Assembly (NCBI GenBank): GCA_022729235.1
Contig: JALDAJ010000001.1
Span: forward strand, 512,001-576,000
DNA: 64,000 bases
Source: Candidatus Nanohalarchaeota archaeon
GTDB taxonomy: Archaea > Nanohalarchaeota > Nanosalinia > Nanosalinales > Nanosalinaceae
Direction: 5' to 3'
Shown piece by piece: positions 57,647-64,000 of this stretch. The number at the start of each line of letters is the position of its first letter. The stretch's first letter is position 1. Both the position numbers and the translations under genes were made by a program. The notes below the pieces were generated by a model. The model was not told the origin of the DNA, searched no databases, and worked only from the letters and a program-made list of their open reading frames with translations.

Positions 57647-58099
57647 ATGACTGACCTGAGAAAACCTGATACGCGTATATATTATCTCTGGAACCTTGAA
57701 ATCGTTCTTTTAACGCTCTTTCTGGGTGCTGGAACCTTATTTTTCGTTGATGTTGCCTGGGCATTAACCGTGTCTGGCGCGGTTTTGCTGTTAGGACTGC
57801 CTTATACGTATCTCAGGTTCAGGGCATGGGGTTTCGAGTTGAGAGATGACCATCTCTACCTGGAGCATGGAGTCCTTAAAAAGGTGCGTTCCATGGTGCC
57901 TCATGTCAGGATACAGCACGTTGACACGCAGAGAGGGCCTGTAGCCAGGATTTTAGGGATATCTAATGTAGTCGTTTACACCGCAGGTTCCCGTGGAAGA
58001 GATGTTATTATCCCGGGACTTCTCCGTGAAGATGCTGGTGATATGCAGGAAAAGCTCCGTGATGTCGCTATCGAATCCGGAAGTAGTGACGCGGTATGA
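57647..58099 (+). CDS. Bacterial PH-domain membrane protein (YdbS-like)
   Basis: VPHVRIQHVDTQRGP..R.LG, VYTAGS, IPGL. Confidence 0.88.
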   Translation: MTDLRKPDTRIYYLWNLEIVLLTLFLGAGTLFFVDVAWALTVSGAVLLLGLPYTYLRFRAWGFELRDDHLYLEHGVLKKVRSMVPHVRIQHVDTQRGPVARILGISNVVVYTAGSRGRDVIIPGLLREDAGDMQEKLRDVAIESGSSDAV

Positions 58100-59502
58100 A
58101 GCTATCCAGGATATCTATCATCTATAGAAGTTTCCAGAGTCTCACTGCCATAATACTACTTGCGCTGATATTTGGAGGAGGTCTCACAGGGAGCGGTCTG
58201 TCCGCGGTGGCGGCATGGATTTTCTTCACGCTTTTCCTGGTCTCTGCGGTTGTTAGCTGGCAGTACCTGGTCTGGAGAAACTACGACTACTTCCTGGAAG
58301 AAGGCAGTCTTGACATATCCCATGGGGTTATCAGCAGGAAGAGGAGAGAGATTCCCTGGGGAAGGGTTCAGAACGTTGACATCTCCCGCACACTGGTCCA
58401 GCGCTTTTTAGGTATAGCAAAGGTCAACTTCGAGACCGCAGGCGGTGGTGCGACCGAGGCAAGTCTGCGCTATGTACGTTATGAGCGGGCGCAGGAGATC
58501 CAGAGAAAGGTGAGGCGGTTGAAACGGGAGGCAGAGACGGAGGAGGAGAGCCAGGAGGATTACATGTCGGAATTACTTTTTGAACTGGGCTTCAGAGAGC
58601 TGGTGTTGATGTCGTTTTTCTCGGTTAACCTTGGGATAGTATTTACTGCGCTGGTTGTGGTATCGGTCCTCGGTTCGACCGGTGTTCTAACCGGAGTCGG
58701 GACTCTTGCCATCTACGTTATCACACTACTGGTACTGGCGGGGCTATGGGTTTCGAGGGCTGCTACAACTTTCGCGAGGTTCTTCGACTTTAAACTGCAT
58801 AGGTCAGAGGACGCGCTGGAGTACGAGCACGGACTTTTCAACAGGGAGAGTGGTTCTATCCCGCTGGACAAGGTACAGTCGCTGAAGCTAGAGGAGAACC
58901 CTCTGAAACGGTTTTTCAACTATTCAACACTAAAAGTCGAGACCGCAGGTTACTCGCCTGTTACTGCTGCGGAGAAAGGTTCCGAGGTCGCTATACCGCT
59001 CGCCACTAGGCAGAGATCAATCGAGTTCGCGAGAAAGATACGTGACTTTGAAGACCTGGATTATACGAGGATTCCGCGTCGGGCGAGGAGGCGCTACATA
59101 GGTCGGTACTCTATCGGTCTCTCTGTTCTCCTCGCCCTTGGTTTCGCGGTCGACCATTACGTATACAGTGTCAACTACTGGTTACTCCTGTCCCTGGTAC
59201 CGCTTATCCCGGTTGCCGCGCATTACAAGCGGAAGAACCGCGGATACAGCCTTGGAGAAGAGCATCTCTTCACGGTGAATGGTTTCTGGAACCGCACTAC
59301 CGCTGTTGTTCCTTACTACCGGATGCAGAACCTTATCCAGTCGGAAACGATTCTCCAGAGACGGTGGAGGCTCGCCACGCTAACTTTCGACACCGCCGGG
59401 ACCTCGATACTGGATACGGGTATCAAGGTCGTTGATGGTGGACGTCAAGAGGTAAAGGAGCTGAGAGAAGAGGTTTATGATAGTTTCAGGGGGTCGCTGT
59501 GA
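58096..59502 (+). CDS. Multi-PH-domain membrane protein (YdbT-like)
   Basis: Three IP..R/KVQ...ETAG/DTAG repeats with TM helices; ATGA overlap with the YdbS-like gene. Confidence 0.88.
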   Translation: MKLSRISIIYRSFQSLTAIILLALIFGGGLTGSGLSAVAAWIFFTLFLVSAVVSWQYLVWRNYDYFLEEGSLDISHGVISRKRREIPWGRVQNVDISRTLVQRFLGIAKVNFETAGGGATEASLRYVRYERAQEIQRKVRRLKREAETEEESQEDYMSELLFELGFRELVLMSFFSVNLGIVFTALVVVSVLGSTGVLTGVGTLAIYVITLLVLAGLWVSRAATTFARFFDFKLHRSEDALEYEHGLFNRESGSIPLDKVQSLKLEENPLKRFFNYSTLKVETAGYSPVTAAEKGSEVAIPLATRQRSIEFARKIRDFEDLDYTRIPRRARRRYIGRYSIGLSVLLALGFAVDHYVYSVNYWLLLSLVPLIPVAAHYKRKNRGYSLGEEHLFTVNGFWNRTTAVVPYYRMQNLIQSETILQRRWRLATLTFDTAGTSILDTGIKVVDGGRQEVKELREEVYDSFRGSL

Positions 59503-59503
59503 G

Positions 59504-60076
59504 TTATTTGTACCGCCCGCGTTTTTCTACTTCTTCCAGTCTTTCAAGAACTTCTCCGCTCTTCGTGTATTTTTTGTAGCCTTCGAGGAATTTTTCCCAC
59601 GCCGCATCCGCGATTTCTGGGTGTGAGCTTTCCAGAACTTGCTTCAGGAGGTGGATGTCGACCGCCCTGTCTTCGATGCGCTGGGAGCGCTCCGCCAGTC
59701 CAAAGTCTATGAGGTAGAGCTTGTCTGATAGCATCGCGTTCCTTGTTGTCAGGTCGCCGTGGATGATGTCTGCTTCGTGGAGCTTGGCTGTGTTCTCTCC
59801 CAGATCCTCCATTGCGTCCAGATTGTCTTCGAGCACGTCCTTCAGCTGGTCGCCGTCGATTTTCTCGATCTCCAGCACGTGGTCTTCTACCTGTTCCACT
59901 TCTGGTACGGAAACGTTGTTTTTCCGTGCTTCTTTCATGATGCGGGCTTCTTTCTCTGTCCGTTCTTTTCTTATCTTCTGGTCGATTTCTCCTGCTCTAT
60001 AGCTCTTTGGCTCCCGTTTCTTGACTACTTTGTCGTTGATCTCCAGCGTTGCCTCCGCACCTTTGAACGTCTCCAT
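59504..60076 (-). CDS. bud32: KEOPS kinase Bud32 (stand-alone)
   Basis: KGAEA, KxR.PKSYR, IIHGDLTTRN, IDFGL, EVEKRGRY. Confidence 0.92.
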   Translation of the reverse strand: METFKGAEATLEINDKVVKKREPKSYRAGEIDQKIRKERTEKEARIMKEARKNNVSVPEVEQVEDHVLEIEKIDGDQLKDVLEDNLDAMEDLGENTAKLHEADIIHGDLTTRNAMLSDKLYLIDFGLAERSQRIEDRAVDIHLLKQVLESSHPEIADAAWEKFLEGYKKYTKSGEVLERLEEVEKRGRYK

Positions 60077-60108
60077 GGTAGAAGGTAGAGGGGTTAATCT
60101 TCATTAGT

Positions 60109-61692
60109 TTAGTTTCTGTACGCGTGGGTTGCGTATTCTCTAACCATTCTGTGGGTGTTGAAGTAGGATGCGTTAATAGCTATGCAGTGCTTCATCACTT
60201 CCAGCCAGTCCTCGCGCTCGTTGTGATAGAGATCCATGATATGTCCGAGCTTGAGGTAAAGGGATTTTGAGTCTATCCTGTTTTCGTCTTCTCCCTCCAC
60301 GTAGTCCTCTCCTATAGCCCAGCCTGTTACGTCTTCTATATGTCCTTCAAGCCACCAGCCGTCAAGTGTGGAGAGCTGTGGAGTTCCGTTGTGCGCCGCC
60401 TTCATCCCTGAGGTTCCTGAGGCTTCCTGTCCCCGTTTAGGATTGTTCAGCCATAGGTCGCATCCGGATATCAGTTTCATTGCATCCTCCATGCCGTAGT
60501 CTTCGATGAAATGGACGGTCACGTTCTCCAGTACCTCCCCGTTTTTCAGTATCTTTTCTATCAGTTTTTTGCCCTCATGGTCGTCAGGGTGTGCCTTACC
60601 TCCGTATACGAGCTGGAGTCCGCCGTGCTCCTTCGCGATCCTCTCAAGTTCTTCGGTTTCATTGAATATGAGTGTAGGTCTCTTGTACGCGGTGCTTCGC
60701 CGGGCGAAACCTACTGTGAATACGTCCGGATCTAGTTCTTTCCCGGTATGTTCTATCAGACTGTTTTTCGCCCCTTTTTTGGCGTTCCAGAGTTTTTGGT
60801 CAGGTATCTTCAGCGCTTTTGAAAGATGCCGCGGGTTTTTACGCCATCCGTGCATGTATTCATCGTACAGGTCTTTGAGAGGTTCTGCTGTCCATGTCTT
60901 CGAGTGCACGCCGTTTGTGACTCGGCTGAACTTATGTTCCGGGAACATATCCTCTGATACGTCTCCGTGTTTATCTGAGACAGCGTTAATATAGCAGGAG
61001 TTTTCCAGCGCCAGTTCTGTGGTGTTAAGGCGCTCTCCTATATCCAAGTTCTCCAGGACTTTTTCACTTAGGATGTCCATAACCAGTTCTTTCTCGAACA
61101 CGTCATGTCCTGCAGGTACGGGTGTGTGGGTTGTGAATACGTGTTCGCCTTCGGCTTCAAGACCTAGAAGGGCGGAGTGTCCTTCGTTCATGTGGAAATA
61201 ATCTGGTTTTATATCGCATTCTTCCAGTATTCTGGTTCCGCCGATACCCAGTAGTACTTCCTGGCTTAACCTTAGTTTCTCTCCGCCAGGATATAGTTGC
61301 GATGTTAAGGACTTGGCGTACTCTGAGTTTGTCTCTAGCCCGGTATCCAGGAAGTATATGTCAACCTCGCCTTTTTCTCCGTTCCAGCTAAACTTCCATG
61401 CCTTAACATCTACCTGTTCGCCTTTTACCTTGACTGATACAGTTTTTCCCGTGTCTTCCAGTATTTCATAAGGGTTCCAGTCCTGTTCTTCTTCTCTCTG
61501 CCAGTAGTCTTCCAGAACCTGTTTGAAGTAACCGTTTCTGTAGAGAAGAGTTACTGCGGTGAAGTCGAGTCCGAGGTCGGCAGCTGACTTGATAGTGTCT
61601 CCTGCAAGTATACCTAGACCTCCGCTGTAGGTTTTTATCTCCGGTTTGATTCCTATCTCCATCGAGAAGTACGCGACTTTTGAACTCATCAC
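60109..61692 (-). CDS. glgP: Alpha-glucan (glycogen) phosphorylase, short type
   Basis: YFSME, YSGGLGILAGD, NEGH, TNGVH, ARR.TAYKR, EASGTSGMKA. Confidence 0.93.
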   Translation of the reverse strand: MMSSKVAYFSMEIGIKPEIKTYSGGLGILAGDTIKSAADLGLDFTAVTLLYRNGYFKQVLEDYWQREEEQDWNPYEILEDTGKTVSVKVKGEQVDVKAWKFSWNGEKGEVDIYFLDTGLETNSEYAKSLTSQLYPGGEKLRLSQEVLLGIGGTRILEECDIKPDYFHMNEGHSALLGLEAEGEHVFTTHTPVPAGHDVFEKELVMDILSEKVLENLDIGERLNTTELALENSCYINAVSDKHGDVSEDMFPEHKFSRVTNGVHSKTWTAEPLKDLYDEYMHGWRKNPRHLSKALKIPDQKLWNAKKGAKNSLIEHTGKELDPDVFTVGFARRSTAYKRPTLIFNETEELERIAKEHGGLQLVYGGKAHPDDHEGKKLIEKILKNGEVLENVTVHFIEDYGMEDAMKLISGCDLWLNNPKRGQEASGTSGMKAAHNGTPQLSTLDGWWLEGHIEDVTGWAIGEDYVEGEDENRIDSKSLYLKLGHIMDLYHNEREDWLEVMKHCIAINASYFNTHRMVREYATHAYRN

Positions 61693-61734
61693 AGAACTAT
61701 TTTTGAGAGTTGTCTTAACAATTTAATCTGTTTT

Positions 61735-63390
61735 TCAGCCCTCTTCAGACTGCAAGTATCTTCTGACCTCTAAAAGATTTCTCCTTCTCAGCTCCTCGCG
61801 GTACTCTCTGTCGTTTAGGATTCCTCGGAGATGTTCTTCCAGGAGGTCTGCTGAGAGTATGTCTGGTACTGATACGTAGGATGCTCCATTGTGGAGGTGT
61901 TTTTCTGCTTCCTCGGGTTCCTCGGTACGGAGTATTTTTTCTGCATCAGTTTCCAGTTCAAGGATTTTCTCTGATACAGGTCCAAACGGTGCTGTAGAGA
62001 GTATGATGTCGGCCTTCCTGTAGTCCGCTTTCTCCCATGTCTCTCTGTCGATAGCGTTTCCGTATACGTAGTTCTCACCTTTTTCGCGTGCTTCGGCGAT
62101 TTTCTCCGGGTCGTTGTCTATCGTTATGAACGGTTTTTCCTGGTCTTTCAGGGTTTCGATAAGTTTTTTGCCCTGTATGTCGTATCCCAGTACTATAACG
62201 TGGTTCTCCAGTTCACCGTCCTTGTTTGTTGATGGCGTTATCTTTCTATTAGTCGTGTCAAACAGACTGTACTTTGAAAGTATATCGTATGTTCTGTTCC
62301 GGTATAGAGTGGTGTAGGAAGAGGTTATCATCGTGAAAGTTGCTGCCAGTATTATCCCCTGGAACATCGGTTCTGTCATCATCCCGGTCAAGTAGGCCTG
62401 TATAGCTATTATCAGTGAGAACTCGCTTATCTGGTCAAGGCTGAGACCGGTTATGTAGGATGTCCTGGAGTCATAGCCCTGGTGTATAAGCGCAGTAGCG
62501 ATCAGGAATGGCTTGAGTACCATGGTAAATATTATCAGCAGGGCTGCAAGTAGGAGAGTCTCGGCTCCGGGGAATGTAACAAGCGCGCCAAGGGTCACGA
62601 AGAATACAGCGGAGAAGAAGTCCTTTATCGAGCCCATGGTGTCGATTATCTCCAGGTTATGCGGGAACTTTGCTACCGCTATTCCTGCGGCGAAAGCGCC
62701 TATAGCTATCGAGAACCCTAGGTAGTCGGTCAGTGCTATGAAACCGACCAGGAAGGAGAGACCGGTAAGCATCAGCAGTTCTGTAGAGCCTTCTGCCTGC
62801 CTTGCTATGAAGTCGAAGATGTAACGTCTCACGATGAAAGCTGCCGTGAGGATTGCTATGCCGTATAGAAGAGTGTGACCTACTTCTGAGTATGTGAAGA
62901 CAGGTGTGGAGAGTATGATTATCGCTATGACGGCGAGTATGTCCTGGAACAGGTTTATGGATTCGGAGATTCTGCCGTGTATAAGCTCATAGTTCCGTTC
63001 CTTTTCAAGTAATTCAAGCCCTACCAGTGAGGAACTGAGTGTGGCTGCTATACTGAAGTAGAATGAATGCAGCAGTTCAAATCCCAGTATATAGGCAAAG
63101 ATGAAGCTGATTACGCCTATAACCAGTATCTGTATCGAGGTTGCGGCACGGGTCTCGGCTTCCAGTTTACGGAGTTTCTGGGGGTCGAACTTCAGCCCGA
63201 ATATGAACACTAGGAATGCTATACCGAGCTGGGCGAGTTCCAGCAGGTTAGAGTAGTCTATGAAGTAGCTTGAGGTTATACCGGCTACGATGTATGCAGG
63301 TATAGCGGGTTGGTTGAACCTGTTAGCGATGAACAGGGTTATCGAGGATGCAAGGAAGATGATTGTAAGCGAAGAGATGATTTCGCTCAT
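61735..63390 (-). CDS. Kef-type K+/H+ antiporter (CPA2 plus TrkA-N)
   Basis: QDILAV, GAFAAG, DFF..VFF, QISEFSLI, cytoplasmic VIVLGY. Confidence 0.9.
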   Translation of the reverse strand: MSEIISSLTIIFLASSITLFIANRFNQPAIPAYIVAGITSSYFIDYSNLLELAQLGIAFLVFIFGLKFDPQKLRKLEAETRAATSIQILVIGVISFIFAYILGFELLHSFYFSIAATLSSSLVGLELLEKERNYELIHGRISESINLFQDILAVIAIIILSTPVFTYSEVGHTLLYGIAILTAAFIVRRYIFDFIARQAEGSTELLMLTGLSFLVGFIALTDYLGFSIAIGAFAAGIAVAKFPHNLEIIDTMGSIKDFFSAVFFVTLGALVTFPGAETLLLAALLIIFTMVLKPFLIATALIHQGYDSRTSYITGLSLDQISEFSLIIAIQAYLTGMMTEPMFQGIILAATFTMITSSYTTLYRNRTYDILSKYSLFDTTNRKITPSTNKDGELENHVIVLGYDIQGKKLIETLKDQEKPFITIDNDPEKIAEAREKGENYVYGNAIDRETWEKADYRKADIILSTAPFGPVSEKILELETDAEKILRTEEPEEAEKHLHNGASYVSVPDILSADLLEEHLRGILNDREYREELRRRNLLEVRRYLQSEEG

Positions 63391-64000
63391 TTTTTATCCC
63401 TCCAGTGAATCCTTTCAAGTTCGCCTCTAACTTCTTCCCTGAAAAGTTCAGAGTCCTTAATCAGTAGTTCTAGGTAGTCGGATAGTCTATCGCCGGAGAG
63501 AACGTTCTTCATCATGACGTAGTGTGCTCCCGTCTCGTAGAGTTTAGCGGCGTCCTCGAAGTTCTTTGCCTTGACGAAAGCAGTCGCGTCGCGCTGCTTG
63601 TCCTGCAGTATCTTCTGGTTCAGCTCGAAGGAGGGTGCAGCAGAGACCACTATAGAAGCGTTCTTTAGTGCCGCGGATTTCCTGATTTCTCCGTGCATGA
63701 AGTCGCCGTAGATGTACTCGATGTTCCGCTCGCTTAAATCATCTGATTTTCGTGGGTCATCATCCACAACTACAACCGTGCCGAATTCCCTTCTCAGCAG
63801 AGGAATGGCATCTCTCGTTAGCTCATCGTACCCGACCACCACTGCGTGGTCCTCGAACTCCTTGAGCTCTACGTCCTGTTTATCCTCGGACTCAAACCTT
63901 TCCAGATAAGGTCTGGCGCGCTGGTATATCTGCTGGTTGTAGTTGATAAGATAGGACGAGGTGCTCATCGTCAGTAGAGCCATCAGGCTGAGATAGCCGA
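63387..64000 (-). CDS. Second Kef-type K+ transporter, 5' part outside the window
   Basis: Last TM (TMSTSSY) plus TrkA-N domain (HAVVVGY, YIYGD, LYETGAHYV). Confidence 0.8.
   Translation of the reverse strand, partial: GYLSLMALLTMSTSSYLINYNQQIYQRARPYLERFESEDKQDVELKEFEDHAVVVGYDELTRDAIPLLRREFGTVVVVDDDPRKSDDLSERNIEYIYGDFMHGEIRKSAALKNASIVVSAAPSFELNQKILQDKQRDATAFVKAKNFEDAAKLYETGAHYVMMKNVLSGDRLSDYLELLIKDSELFREEVRGELERIHWRDKK

Noticed and set aside
61735-64000. Tandem Kef transporters as a novelty
   Set aside because: Paired CPA2/TrkA-N genes are expected in salt-in halophiles.

Overview
Densely coded 64-kb chromosomal segment of a small-genome, extremely halophilic archaeon. The strongly Asp/Glu-rich proteins, archaeal housekeeping genes, compact spacing and DPANN-type hypotheticals point to Ca. 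Nanohaloarchaeota (inference). It contains: alpha-glucan and gluconeogenesis genes (GH57, GT4, glucan phosphorylase, class I FBA and FBPase, GAPDH); a complete folate-dependent thymidylate cycle (glyA, thyA, folC, folA) plus tmk and a dUTPase/dCTP deaminase; Hel308; an unusually short SMC with ScpA and ScpB next to RqcH; SerRS, non-discriminating AspRS, uS15, RecJ-like DHH, eS1 and Bud32; four toxin-antitoxin pairs; four large acidic surface proteins; and two Kef-type K+ transporters. The most unexplained structure is 41.8-43.9 kb. There a tRNA-Pro(GGG) with a non-canonical C33 is followed by four extra copies of its own 3' end. The two distal copies bracket AT-rich gene cassettes (two small membrane proteins; a RHH/RelE pair) and the two proximal copies form ~62-bp tandem palindromic units, inside a cluster of at least seven short hairpins. 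No integrase, cas gene or rRNA is present in the window. Product calls come from motif recognition only; no database search was run.
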